From contig CAXXVO010000005.1 in the NCBI GenBank assembly GCA_963422645.2, forward strand, positions 372,756 to 436,755: a stretch of DNA of 64,000 bases, written 5' to 3'. The position numbers and the translations under genes are program-made. Below are positions 11,047 to 21,380 of the stretch, piece by piece. The notes under the pieces were generated by a model. The model did no database searches and was not told the DNA's origin. It worked only from the letters and a program-made list of their open reading frames with translations. Within the stretch, counting starts at the first letter, position 1; the number at the start of each line of letters is the position of its first letter. The stretch comes from Alphaproteobacteria bacterium. Its GTDB lineage: Bacteria > Pseudomonadota > Alphaproteobacteria > UBA828.

Positions 11047-11649
11047 ATGAGCGACAGTCTCGACTTCTACTTCGACTTCTCCTCGCCTTACGGCTACCTC
11101 GCGGCCGAGCGCATCGACGGGATCGCGGCAAAGCACGGGCGCAGCGTGACGTGGCGGCCGATGCTGCTCGGCGCCGTGTTCCAGAAGATCGGCGGGAGCC
11201 CCCTGGTCGACCAGCCGATGAAGGGGCCCTACTCGCGCCTCGACATGCTGCGCTCGGCGCGCTTGCACGGCATCGTCTTCAACGTCCCCGACAACTTCCC
11301 GGTCAACAGCATCGCCGCCTGCCGCGCTTACTACTGGCTGGCGGGGAGCGACCCCGGCACCGCGCACGATCTCGCCCAGGCGCTCTATCGCGGCTACTTC
11401 GTCGAGAACCGCGACCTGAGCCGGCCGGAGACGGTGGTCGGGGCGGCGCAGGCGCTGGGCGTGGACGGCGATGCGCTGGTGGCGGCAGTGCAGGATCAGG
11501 CCATCAAGGACCGCTTGCGCGCCGAGAACGACGCCGCAATCGAGCGCGGCGTCTTCGGCTCGCCCACGGTCTTTGTCGGCGACGAGATGTTCTGGGGCCA
11601 CGACCGGCTGGAGGTGATCGACCGCTGGCTCGAAACCGGCGGTTGGTAG
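11047..11649 (+). CDS. 2-hydroxychromene-2-carboxylate isomerase / DsbA-like kappa-GST family protein
   Basis: FYFDFSSPYGY and GVFGSPT..FWGHDRL motifs. Confidence 0.9.
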   Translation: MSDSLDFYFDFSSPYGYLAAERIDGIAAKHGRSVTWRPMLLGAVFQKIGGSPLVDQPMKGPYSRLDMLRSARLHGIVFNVPDNFPVNSIAACRAYYWLAGSDPGTAHDLAQALYRGYFVENRDLSRPETVVGAAQALGVDGDALVAAVQDQAIKDRLRAENDAAIERGVFGSPTVFVGDEMFWGHDRLEVIDRWLETGGW

Positions 11650-12120
11650 CCTTCGGAGAGCGCGCTCGCCCCTGGATCAGCCGCGCGCGTCGGCTCCGAG
11701 CTTTACTTCGTCGTCGTAGACCCCTTCCGGCAGCGGCAGGCCGTCGAGCTCGGCCTCGCCAAGGGGATCGTCCGGCGAAATGCCGCGCTGCTCCAAGAGC
11801 GCCATGAGCTGGCGGGCGTGCTGGGCCGCGTGCCACGCCGTCCGCTCCAGCACTCGCTCGGTCGGGTGGATGCCGTAATAGGTGTCGAGCGTGCCGAGGC
11901 GAGCCGCATTGGCGCTGCGCCACCAGGATGCAAGCGCATCGCGCACGGTCTGGCCGTAGGCCGAGACTTGCGCCGCGCTCCGCATCTCAGGGCCCGGAGT
12001 GCGCTCGAAATAGTCGAAGGTGAGCCGGGCGCCCTGGGCCGCATCGAGGAAGGCCGCCGGGATCACGAAGATGTGGTAACCGAGGTCGAGGACGGTACGC
12101 TCGCGGCCCGGCAGTCCTTC

Positions 12121-14008
12121 GTAACTGCCCAGGTTCTTGCTGTGAAAATTCTCTGGGATTCGGCACAACGCTACCCACGCGACGCCCGTGTGCTCCTCTG
12201 TGGTCGCCGGGTTTCACAGCTCACGATGCCCCTCTTGCGGACTGCGACCGGTAAGCTACCCCGATGTGGCCCGAAGTCCGCCCGCGCGACGGGCACCGAT
12301 TTTCATTCTATGGGGTGGTCCAGCACGGCGTCGACCATGATCGTTTATGAGAATGGCTCCGCTGTTGGAGAACCCGTGCCAGGTGAGCTTACGCGCACTT
12401 GACGGTGGCGATGAGCCGATCCGATGGGCTGGTCAGGGCTTCGATGATATTCCAGCCCTGCTTTCTGGCGGTGGTGATGACGCTGCGCAGGATGGCGAAG
12501 TTCTCGGCCCCCTGCGCGGACCGGAAGCCCCCGGAGATCTTCTGGCGCAGCTTCATCATCCGAAGGTCGCGCTCGGCCTCGTTGTTCGTGAACCCGACCT
12601 CGAGGTCGATCAGGAACCGGAGCACCGCGCATTTGTGGTCGCGCAGCCTCAAGGCCAGATTGTGACCGATCCTTCGCTTCCGGCGCTTCTTCCTCTTGCC
12701 AGGCGAGAACGGTGGTTGGCTCTCGTGAAAGGCCAGCGCATCGGCGATGATCTCGTCGTATCGGCGCTCGATCAGCGCCACAAGCCTCGCCGGAACGGCG
12801 ATATCCTTGTCCAGCGCGATGCGGGCGGCGCGATTGGCTCGGCGCAGGAGCTGCTGCATCCGCCGGGCCCAAGCCTCCCCTTCGATGTCCACCAGCGCCT
12901 GCAACTCCCGCAGGTGATGGGCGTTGCACAGGCCGTGCTCCACCCCTTCCATCGCGAAGTACGGCTTCCAGTGATCGTGCACGACGATGCCGGAGACACC
13001 CGAGAGCAGGGCGCCGCGCTTGCCGCTGACCCGGTACGCCGCCAGCAGCGGCGTGCAGATCACATGAAGCCACTGCGTCTGACCGCCGATCCGCAAGCCG
13101 GTCTCGTCCATGTGTTTCACCCGCGCCGTGCCCGCCGCCAGGTCCTGTATGTGCAAGGCCGCGTCCCGCAGCCGCTCGGCCGCCCTCTCGCTCATCGTCG
13201 CCAACGTCGCAGCCGTCACCGGCGCGCCGAAGAGCTCGGCCATCACCTGCGACAGCCGATCCTCCGGCAGGAAGTGAGCGTGCTGAAGGTAGACCGCCAC
13301 CCCGGCAATGCGCGGGCCGTACTGCACCGGCGCCGACACCCCGTCGGGGAACGCCGCCCGGGTCACCGTCCCGCAATGCCCGCAGCACTTGGCATGCGCC
13401 CGGTGCTCGGTCACCTCCAGGGGGCTCGGCTCGGGCAGATCGAACACCTGGCGGGCGACGGGCGTTCCCGCCCTGGCCGCGTCCGAAAGCGGCGAACCGC
13501 ATCCCTTGCAGGAAGCCGGGACGTGATCCTTCACCCGATCCGGGTGATCGGCGCGGCGCAGCGTCTTGCCCTTGTGGCCGGGCTGGCCACCGGGCTTGCG
13601 GCCCGATTTGCCGCGCAGGCTTCGGGTTCGCCGCTTCGAATTCGGCTTCCTCAGCCCATCGCTCGAAGGCGGCTTGCCGCTGTTGCCGCTGTTGAGGCCG
13701 AGACGGCGCTCCAACTCCTCGATGCGCTCGACGAGACGCGCGACTTGCTCTTCCAGCCGCGCGTTCTGCTGCCGAAGCCAGGCATTTTCCTCCCGAAGCC
13801 GGGCGTTCTCCTCCTCCAGGCGGGCGATCTTCTGCGCGGGCGTTTCGGGCGCTGCTCCCGTCGAAGGGCCGCGCGGCGACTCGGGATTGCTCATGTCGTT
13901 GTTGAGTCATTTCCCGAAATTCCCGTCAAGCCCTTTCCACCAACTCCGAACGAGAAACGCCTCAATCCACTGGCCCAAAATGACAAATCAGACGACCTGG
14001 GCAGTTAC
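12121..14008 (-). mobile_element. IS66-family element (single-ORF, ISBst12-like)
   Basis: Terminal IRs GTAACTGCCCAGGT / ACCTGGGCAGTTAC; 8-bp TSD AGTCCTTC at 12113-12120 and 14009-14016. Confidence 0.95.
12389..13894 (-). CDS. IS66 family transposase
   Basis: Coiled-coil N-terminus, NSGKPPSSD, GGQPGHKG, Zn-ribbon Cys pairs, DETG, CNAHHLREL, TNNEAERDLR. Confidence 0.95.
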   Translation of the reverse strand: MSNPESPRGPSTGAAPETPAQKIARLEEENARLREENAWLRQQNARLEEQVARLVERIEELERRLGLNSGNSGKPPSSDGLRKPNSKRRTRSLRGKSGRKPGGQPGHKGKTLRRADHPDRVKDHVPASCKGCGSPLSDAARAGTPVARQVFDLPEPSPLEVTEHRAHAKCCGHCGTVTRAAFPDGVSAPVQYGPRIAGVAVYLQHAHFLPEDRLSQVMAELFGAPVTAATLATMSERAAERLRDAALHIQDLAAGTARVKHMDETGLRIGGQTQWLHVICTPLLAAYRVSGKRGALLSGVSGIVVHDHWKPYFAMEGVEHGLCNAHHLRELQALVDIEGEAWARRMQQLLRRANRAARIALDKDIAVPARLVALIERRYDEIIADALAFHESQPPFSPGKRKKRRKRRIGHNLALRLRDHKCAVLRFLIDLEVGFTNNEAERDLRMMKLRQKISGGFRSAQGAENFAILRSVITTARKQGWNIIEALTSPSDRLIATVKCA

Positions 14009-14384
14009 AGTCCTTCTTCGAGGGCGGCGGCCGGGAACTGGCCGAGATAGCGCTGGGTCGCGGCGAGAATCAGGTCGATCCTCTGCACCAGCTCCGGCGG
14101 GGGCAGCTGCTCCCGGTCGAACTCGACGCCGATGAAGCGCGCGAGATCGCCCAGGTCCTGGGCAAAGACGAAGCGCTTCCCCTGCACGACAACCGGCACC
14201 GACTGGGCGCCGAGGCTGGCGAGCTCCTCCACCGCCTCCGGCCTGGCACGGACGTTGATCGATTCGTAGGCGATCCCGCGCGTGGCCAGGAACTCCTTGG
14301 CCCGGAGACAACTGGAGCACCCGGGCTGCCAGTACACCTTGAAGTCGTCTGCCATGTTCGATCTCCTGGGCGGGCGGCGCGTGC

Positions 14385-15158
14385 CTATTCCGCCGTGTAG
14401 CCGCCGTCGATCACCAGCTCGGTGCCGGTGACGAACTTGGACTCGTCCGAAGCCAGATAGACCACGCCGTTGGCGATGTCGTTGGGCTCGCCAACGTGGC
14501 CCACCGGGTGCAGCTTGCCGAACTCCTCCGGTCCCGCAGCCGCGTCGCCGAACATGCGGGTCGCGGTCTCGTCCATCATCGGCGTGTGGATGAAGGCGGG
14601 GTGGATCGAGTTGACGCGAACGCCGCTGCCGTCGCGCGCGCATTCCAGCGCCACGCACTTGGTGAAGTAGCGGACCGCGCCCTTCGACGCCGTGTAGGCG
14701 GCGAGATGCGCCGTGCCGACAATGCCGAGCACCGACGACATGTTGATGATGGAGCCGCCGCCCGAGTCGCGCATCGCGGGGATCGCGCTCCGGGTGCCGA
14801 GGAAGACGCCATCGGCGTTGACCGCCATGATGCGACGCCAGGTCTCCAGCGAGACATCGGCGATGGGTTCGGCGCGGGTGATGCCGGCGTTGTTGACGAG
14901 AATGTCGAGCCGGCCATGCTCCGACACCACGCTCTCGACGGTCGCCTGCCAGGCGGCTTCTTCGGTCACGTCGAGGGTCTGGAACCGGGCCCTTCCTCCC
15001 ACCGTAGTGATCGATTCGGCGACCGCCTGGCCGCGACCCTCGTCGCGCCCCGTCACCAGCACCGCCGCGCCTTCCTCGGCCATGCGCAGCGCCGACGCAG
15101 CGCCGAGCCCGCTGGTCGCCCCGGTCACGATCGCCACCTTGCCCGCCAGTCTTGCCAT
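14385..15158 (-). CDS. Short-chain dehydrogenase/reductase
   Basis: TGATSGLG, NNAG, YTASK, DGGY. Confidence 0.93.
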   Translation of the reverse strand: MARLAGKVAIVTGATSGLGAASALRMAEEGAAVLVTGRDEGRGQAVAESITTVGGRARFQTLDVTEEAAWQATVESVVSEHGRLDILVNNAGITRAEPIADVSLETWRRIMAVNADGVFLGTRSAIPAMRDSGGGSIINMSSVLGIVGTAHLAAYTASKGAVRYFTKCVALECARDGSGVRVNSIHPAFIHTPMMDETATRMFGDAAAGPEEFGKLHPVGHVGEPNDIANGVVYLASDESKFVTGTELVIDGGYTAE

Positions 15159-15276
15159 CACCCGCCTCATACCCCGCAAGGGCATTGCATATGCTGCGCC
15201 GCGCCTATCGAATTGAGAGTAACATTGCAGACTATACCCCGCAGGCGGCGCCTGCGGTTCAAAAGGTCGCGCACCC

Positions 15277-16974
15277 ATGGCGGACGGGAACGGCGGGCTC
15301 GGCGGCAACGCTTACCGGGCGGACCGGAATCTTCAGGCCCTCCTGCGCCGCAGCGCGCCCTGGCTCACCGAAGGCGACGCCGAGCGGCTGAGCAGCTTCG
15401 GCGGCTGGGTGGCGACCACAGTCGACGAGCAGGCGGATTACACCAATCGCTTCGCGCCGCCGGTTCTCGAGACCCTGGACGAGGACGGCCGGCCCCGCTC
15501 GGTGGTCCGCCACAATCCGCTCTATGCGGCGGTACACCGCGAGGTCTACGAGCGGGGCATCGTCGGGCTCAACTACGGCGCGTCGCATCGCCCCTACACG
15601 CTGACCTTCGCGATGGGCTATCTGCTCGCGCAATCCGACATCTCGATTCACTGCCCGGTGACCCTGACCGGGGCGGTCGCCAACGTGCTCGACCGGTTCG
15701 CGCCGAAGGCGGTGCGGAATGCCTACCTGCCCCGACTTGTGCGTACGGACGGCAAGGCGGCGACGGGCGGCACGTGGGTCACGGAGAAGCAGGGCGGCAG
15801 CGACGTCGGCGCCACCCAGACCACGGCGCGGCGCACCAATGACGGCATCCGGCTCAGCGGGCTCAAGTGGTTCGCCAGCAATGTCGACGGCGGAATCGCG
15901 CTCACCCTCGCGCGGCCGGAGGGCGCGGCCGACGGTAGCGCCGGGCTCGGACTCTATCTGGTGCCGGCCCGTGGCCCCGACGGCACGCCCAACCGCTACC
16001 GGATCAGGCGGCTCAAGGACAAGCTCGGCACCCGCGGCCTCGCCACCGGCGAGATCGAGCTGGAGGATGCCCACGCGGTGGAGGTGGCGCCGCCGCCGGA
16101 CGGGCTCAAGACGATGATGGCAGCCCTCGGCTACAGCCGCATCCACAACGCGATGGCCTCGGCCGGCATCCAGCGGCGCGCGTTCGCCGAAGCCCTCGCC
16201 CATGCCGAAACCCGCGAAGCCTTCGGCCACCGCCTCGCCGCCTACCCGATGGTGCAGGACCAACTGGTCGAAATGCAGGCGCGCCTGGAAGCGAGCGTGA
16301 CGCTGGCCTTCGCCGCGGCGTGGGCGTTCGACGAGGCGCAGCGGACACCGGCCGAGCAACCCTGGATGCGGCTCGTCACTGCGCTCGCCAAGTATCTCAC
16401 GGCCGCTTGGGCGATCACCGCGACCAGCCGTGCCATCGAGGTCTTGGGCGGCAACGGCTACACCGAGGAATATCCCGCGGCCAGACTCTACCGCGACGCC
16501 CAGGTGCTCACCGTGTGGGAGGGGCCGCCCAACATCCAGGCGCTCGAGGTGCTGCGCCTGGCGGGCGCGGACTCGCCGGGGCTCGCCGCCTTCCACGCAC
16601 GCCTCGACGCCATTCTCAACAAGCCCTTCGTCGCCAACCACTCGGCCTTCGTGCGGCCGCGCGCGCTGATCTTCCAGGCCCGGCGGGAGGTGGCCGCGCT
16701 GACCGTGCTGATCCGGGACGACGAGGCAGAGGCCCCGCGCCAGGCGCACCGACTGATGGACCGCATGGCCAAGGGCCTGGCGGCCGCCCTCCTGGTCGAG
16801 GAAGCGGCCACCGACTGGGGCCAGGGCGATGCGCGAAAGGCGGTGGTCGCGCGCCTCTTCGCCGCACAGGAGCTGGCGGCGCCGGAGCCGCCGAGGCCGG
16901 GTGAGAGCGAAGGCCAGAAGTTCTTCCGCCCCCTCGCCGCGTACGAGCGGATCGAGACCGTGCAGTTGGACTGA
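15277..16974 (+). CDS. AidB-like acyl-CoA dehydrogenase
   Basis: CPVTLT, TEKQGGSDV, RLKDKLGT, EVLGGNGY, VWEGPPN. Confidence 0.88.
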   Translation: MADGNGGLGGNAYRADRNLQALLRRSAPWLTEGDAERLSSFGGWVATTVDEQADYTNRFAPPVLETLDEDGRPRSVVRHNPLYAAVHREVYERGIVGLNYGASHRPYTLTFAMGYLLAQSDISIHCPVTLTGAVANVLDRFAPKAVRNAYLPRLVRTDGKAATGGTWVTEKQGGSDVGATQTTARRTNDGIRLSGLKWFASNVDGGIALTLARPEGAADGSAGLGLYLVPARGPDGTPNRYRIRRLKDKLGTRGLATGEIELEDAHAVEVAPPPDGLKTMMAALGYSRIHNAMASAGIQRRAFAEALAHAETREAFGHRLAAYPMVQDQLVEMQARLEASVTLAFAAAWAFDEAQRTPAEQPWMRLVTALAKYLTAAWAITATSRAIEVLGGNGYTEEYPAARLYRDAQVLTVWEGPPNIQALEVLRLAGADSPGLAAFHARLDAILNKPFVANHSAFVRPRALIFQARREVAALTVLIRDDEAEAPRQAHRLMDRMAKGLAAALLVEEAATDWGQGDARKAVVARLFAAQELAAPEPPRPGESEGQKFFRPLAAYERIETVQLD

Positions 16975-17080
16975 CTGTATCGACAGGCCGGCGGCGGAAT
17001 ACGCCTATCCGGCCGCCGCCGCCGCGTGGTATGTGCTGATCCCGCTGGCGAAGCGGGTGCACGTGACCGGAGCGAGGGCG

Positions 17081-17854
17081 ATGGAGATCAACGGCAAGGA
17101 AATCGCGGTCGAGCAAGAGGGCGACGGCGACGCTGTGATCATGGTCCACGGCCTCGGCGGCACCAGCAACACGTGGCACCCGCAGGTCGGCCCGCTCGCC
17201 CGGTTCTTCCGCGTGGTGCGGCTCGACCTCGAAGGCTCCGGCCGCTCGCCCGCCACGGGCGCGCTCTCGATTGCCTCCTTCGCCGCCGACGTGATCGCGG
17301 TGATGGATGAGCTGGATATCTCGACCGCGCATCTCTGCGGCCACTCCATGGGCACGATCGTCTGCCAGCACATCGCCGCTGAGTGGCCTGAGCGGGTGAA
17401 GAGCCTCGCGCTCCTGGGCCCACTGGCCGAGCCGCCCGAGCCGGCCCGCCAAGCGATCCGCGACCGCGCGGGTGTGGCGCGGAAGAGCGGCATGGTGCCG
17501 ATCGCGGACACCTTGGTGGAGGTCGCGATCTCGGCCGAGACCAGGGCGCATCATCCGGCGTCGGCCGCCTTCGTCCGCGAGATCCTCATGCGCCAGGATG
17601 CCGGGGGCTACGCGCGTACCTGCGAGGCGCTCGCCGCCGCCGAGAGTGCGGACCTCGCCAACATCGGTTGCAAGACCCTGCTGATCACCGGCGACGAGGA
17701 CGGCGTCTCGCCACCGCCGGCGGTGAAGGCACTGGGCAACCGGATCAAGGGCTCCCGCGTTGCCGTGCTCCCCGGCTGCGGCCACTGGACCCCCATAGAG
17801 AAGCCGACGCAGGTCAACGGCCTGCTCCTCAACTTCTATTACAGCTTCACTTAG
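17081..17854 (+). CDS. Alpha/beta hydrolase (enol-lactone hydrolase-like)
   Basis: HGLGG, GHSMG nucleophile elbow, GDED, GHW. Confidence 0.9.
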   Translation: MEINGKEIAVEQEGDGDAVIMVHGLGGTSNTWHPQVGPLARFFRVVRLDLEGSGRSPATGALSIASFAADVIAVMDELDISTAHLCGHSMGTIVCQHIAAEWPERVKSLALLGPLAEPPEPARQAIRDRAGVARKSGMVPIADTLVEVAISAETRAHHPASAAFVREILMRQDAGGYARTCEALAAAESADLANIGCKTLLITGDEDGVSPPPAVKALGNRIKGSRVAVLPGCGHWTPIEKPTQVNGLLLNFYYSFT

Positions 17855-17862
17855 GCTGGGCC

Positions 17863-18348
17863 ATGGTGACACGGAAGCCATCGAAGCAAGGGGCCTCGCG
17901 CTCGGGCGCGGGCAGGGCCCGGGCTAACTCCGCCAAGCGCACCGCGCGCGGCTCACAGACCGCGAGGCCGTCCGGCAACGCCCCGGCGACCTTCTACATT
18001 TGCCGCTCCTGCGTCTGGTCGGAATCGGCGCGGGAGCGCGACGGCAAGCGTCAGGGCACGTTTCTGCTGGAGGCGGTGCATGACCTGGTCGAGGCCGAGC
18101 CCCTGCCGGAGGCGCTCAACCTGCGCGCGGTCTACTGCCTGAACGGCTGCACGAGTCCCTGCAACGTCGGCTTTCGCGCGGCCGGCAAGCACCACGTGCG
18201 CTTCAGCCATTTGACGCCGGAGAACGCGGCGGACGTTATCGCTTATGCCCGCGCCTACCAGGCGAGCAAGACCGGCGAAGTTTCCGAGGACGAGACGCCG
18301 GCGGCAATGCGCGGCAAGATGACGGTGCACACCCCGCCGATTGGATAG
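17863..18348 (+). CDS. DUF1636-like putative metal-binding protein
   Basis: ICRSC and CLNGC..PC Cys pattern. Confidence 0.7.
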   Translation: MVTRKPSKQGASRSGAGRARANSAKRTARGSQTARPSGNAPATFYICRSCVWSESARERDGKRQGTFLLEAVHDLVEAEPLPEALNLRAVYCLNGCTSPCNVGFRAAGKHHVRFSHLTPENAADVIAYARAYQASKTGEVSEDETPAAMRGKMTVHTPPIG

Positions 18349-18356
18349 TCTCTGCC

Positions 18357-18935
18357 TCAGCTCCGCCAGGTGGCCGCTTCGCCGGCATCGATCTCCTGCT
18401 CCTCCAGCTGAGCACCGGCGTAGCGTCGGTTGGCCTCGCCCAAGGCATCGCGCAGGGCCTTCACCAAACTTGCACGCTCCTCCGGCGCGAGGAATGGGCC
18501 GATGATGAGCGAGCGGCCGTGCGAGGTGAGGATGATCTGGCTGTGGTGCTCCACCGGCTCGTCAAGGGCAACGCGGAGCCAGTAGGGGTTGAAGCGCCAT
18601 TCCGTCGTGCGGCCGTTGGGCGCGATGCGCCGGACCACGACTTCGTCTGGGGTTACGCGGATGGTCTCCCGCAGGCGACCGGAGCGATAGCTCAGCCGGA
18701 ATGCGAGATAGAGCAGCACGATGTCGAGGCCGAAGAAGCCGAATACCGGCCACGCACCTTGCAGCAGAAAATAGGTGCCAAGGCCGACGCTGACCACGAC
18801 CACGCAGGTCATGACCGTGAGGAAGCCCGCGCGCCCCAGCGAGCGGTTGGGCGCGAGCACCGCATCGAAGAGCGCCGGCGCATCGGGCTTCTCGTGCTGG
18901 GCTGGTGTGTCCGGCCCGCACGGGGAGGAGGTCAT
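18357..18935 (-). CDS. DUF2244 membrane protein
   Basis: PNRSLG..GF, GAWPVFGFFGLD, FNPYW, FLAPEER. Confidence 0.85.
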   Translation of the reverse strand: MTSSPCGPDTPAQHEKPDAPALFDAVLAPNRSLGRAGFLTVMTCVVVVSVGLGTYFLLQGAWPVFGFFGLDIVLLYLAFRLSYRSGRLRETIRVTPDEVVVRRIAPNGRTTEWRFNPYWLRVALDEPVEHHSQIILTSHGRSLIIGPFLAPEERASLVKALRDALGEANRRYAGAQLEEQEIDAGEAATWRS

Positions 18936-19179
18936 GACTATAGAGTAATGCCCAAAAAGCGCGGCGGTAAAGCACGACCGGAGAATTCGGCGTATGAGAA
19001 GCAAGTAACTGGCCGCAACCCCCTTATTTTGGAGAGTCGTAACTACCCAGGTACCCAATCCTGAGTTGAGGACGGTGATTATGGCGGCGGCCGCGGCCTG
19101 GTTCTGCCACCGCGATTGGTTCTTGACCTCATAGAGTTGCGGGACTATGGACTGCTCTCTCGCGTGACGGGAGCGGTCC

Positions 19180-19845
19180 ATGGGGTATTTCGGCTCGAAG
19201 GCGACAGCAGGTCTGTGCCAAGCGCTGATTGCGCTGATGCCGCCGCACTCCGTCTACATCGAAAGCCACCTTGGGGGCGGGGCGCTGATGAAGCGCAAGC
19301 CGCCGGCCGTGCGTTCGATCGGCATCGACCGCGATGCGCAGGCGCTCGAGGCCTTCGTCTGCGACTACCCGGTCGATCTGGTTCACGGCTGTGCCCATGA
19401 CTTCCTGGCCTCGTTCCCGTTCCTGGGCCCGGAGCTGGTTTACAGCGATCCGCCCTATCTGCACGCGACCCGCCGCTCGGCGCAGCGCTACCGCTTCGAG
19501 TACGAGGAGGCCGGCCACGTCGCGCTTCTCGCGCTGCTCAAGGCTCTGCCCTGCCAGGTCATGATCTCGGGCCATCCGTCGGCGCTCTATGACGAGGTGC
19601 TGGCGGGATGGCGCCGGCTGGCGCTGCAGGTCACGACCCAGGGTCTGGTGCGAACCGAGGTCGTCTGGTTCAACTACGCCCCCGACCGGATGCATTGGGC
19701 CAGCCACGCAGGCCGGAACTTCACCGACCGCCAGCGCATCAAGCGCAAGGCAGCCAACTGGGGCCGGCGCTACCAGGCCTTGCCGCCGGGCGAACGCCTC
19801 GCCGTGCTCGCCGCCATGATGGCCGTCGAGGCCGAAGACACGTGA
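19180..19845 (+). CDS. Small Dam/D12-class N6-adenine DNA methyltransferase
   Basis: YFGSK, YIESHLGGG (SAM-binding motif I variant), DPPY catalytic motif, MISG. Confidence 0.82.
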   Translation: MGYFGSKATAGLCQALIALMPPHSVYIESHLGGGALMKRKPPAVRSIGIDRDAQALEAFVCDYPVDLVHGCAHDFLASFPFLGPELVYSDPPYLHATRRSAQRYRFEYEEAGHVALLALLKALPCQVMISGHPSALYDEVLAGWRRLALQVTTQGLVRTEVVWFNYAPDRMHWASHAGRNFTDRQRIKRKAANWGRRYQALPPGERLAVLAAMMAVEAEDT

Positions 19846-21380
19846 CGGTGTCGCACTGGCACGAAGACCTCGCCGCCCGTAACGAGGCCTTCTGCTGCCT
19901 GAAGGAGCTTCTCGAGCCATCATCCCTCGCAACCACTGTCGTCGTTGCCGTCCGGGAATGGGGGCAGGGGCTGCTGCGATCAGCCACCGCGCTCGCCCGG
20001 GAAAATGCCGCACTCGAGCAGGAGAACGCGGCCCTGCGCGAGCGCATCGCCGAACTCGAGCGCAGCGCGGCCCTCAACAGCACCACAAGCAGCAAGCCCC
20101 CCGCCAGCGACGGGCTCAAGAAGAAAAGCGGAGCCCAGAGGCGCACCCAAAGCCAGCGCGGAAAGTCCGGCGGGCCCAGTGGCGGCCAGCCCGGCCACAA
20201 GGGAACCACCCTCGCGCGGAGCGACAGCCCGGACCGTGTCGTCGATCACCACCCCTCCACCTGTTCCGGCTGTGGCGTCGAGCTCTCGGACGCCGACCGG
20301 CAAGGCGCGCCCGCCTGTCGGCAGGTCTTCGACGTACCCGAGCCGCAGCCTCTCGAGGTCACCGAACACCGCGCCCATCGCTGCCTCTGCGGCGCATGCG
20401 GCACGCTGACACGAGCCGCCTTCCCGCCGGGCGTCACCGCCCCGGTCCAGTACGGCCCTCGCATCACCGCTTGGGTGAGTTACCTGCTGTACGCCCAGTT
20501 CGTGCCCGAGAAGCGTCTGGCCGAACTCATGAGCGACATCTTCGCGGTGTCCATCTCCACTGCCACGATCGCCGCCATGGGCCGGCGCACAGCGCAGCGC
20601 TTCGAGGGCTTCCTCGACCATGTCGCCGATCTGATCCGCACGCAGGCGCCGGTCAAGCACCTCGACGAGACCGGCCTGCGTATCGCCGCCCGTACCCGCT
20701 GGCTCCATGTGCTGTGCACCCCGTTGCTCACCGTCCTGCGCATCGGCGAGGGACGCGGCGATGTCGAAAAGAACCTGAAAGGCATCCTCGTCCACGACGA
20801 CTTCGCCCCCTACTTCACCATCAAGGGCGTCCGCCACGGCGCCTGCAACGCACATCACCTGCGCGAACTCCAGGCCCTGATCGACATCGAGAAGGAGGAA
20901 TGGGCGGCGAGCATGCACCGCCTGCTTCAGCGCGCGCGCAGGGCCGCCCGCTTCGCCCGTGAGAAAGACCGTCAAGTCCCCGCCTCCCTGGTGGCCCGCA
21001 TCTCAAGGGCATGGGACCGTATCCTCGAAGAAGCCATCGCCTTCCATGAGGCCCAACCGCCGCTCCAGATCGCAAAGCGAGGGCGAAAGAAACGCCGCAT
21101 CGGCCACAACCTCGCGCGCCGCCTTCAAAAGCATAAGGAGGGCTGCCTGCGCTTCCTCACCGACCTGCGCACGCCGTTCACGAATAACGAGGCGGAGCGT
21201 GACATCCGTATGAACAAAGTGCATGAGAAGATCTCAGGCGGCTTCCGCTCCCTGCAAGGCGCCTGCAACTTCGCCGGAATGCGCAGCGTCATCGTCACCG
21301 CTCGAAAGCAAGGCTGGAACATCCTGCAAATCCTGGCGCACCCGGAACCGATGCAGCTGATCCCTATACTGCGCTCCTGA
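19842..21380 (+). CDS. IS66 family transposase
   Basis: GTG start overlapping MTase stop (GTGA); SSKPPASD, GGQPGHKG, DETG, CNAHHLREL, TNNEAERD. Confidence 0.92.
   Translation: MTVSHWHEDLAARNEAFCCLKELLEPSSLATTVVVAVREWGQGLLRSATALARENAALEQENAALRERIAELERSAALNSTTSSKPPASDGLKKKSGAQRRTQSQRGKSGGPSGGQPGHKGTTLARSDSPDRVVDHHPSTCSGCGVELSDADRQGAPACRQVFDVPEPQPLEVTEHRAHRCLCGACGTLTRAAFPPGVTAPVQYGPRITAWVSYLLYAQFVPEKRLAELMSDIFAVSISTATIAAMGRRTAQRFEGFLDHVADLIRTQAPVKHLDETGLRIAARTRWLHVLCTPLLTVLRIGEGRGDVEKNLKGILVHDDFAPYFTIKGVRHGACNAHHLRELQALIDIEKEEWAASMHRLLQRARRAARFAREKDRQVPASLVARISRAWDRILEEAIAFHEAQPPLQIAKRGRKKRRIGHNLARRLQKHKEGCLRFLTDLRTPFTNNEAERDIRMNKVHEKISGGFRSLQGACNFAGMRSVIVTARKQGWNILQILAHPEPMQLIPILRS

Larger units (their letters stand above)
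11677..14355 (-). pseudogene. Glutaredoxin-like (CSSC) + DinB-like fusion gene interrupted by IS66
   Basis: 5' part 14355-14009 (YWQPGCSSC...LEEGL) and 3' part 12112-11677 (PGRERT...WHAAQHARQ) rejoin in frame (260 aa) when the IS and one TSD copy are removed. Confidence 0.85.

Noticed and set aside
14310-14330. Selenocysteine in the redoxin motif
   Set aside because: Both codons are Cys (TGC, TGT); no in-frame TGA
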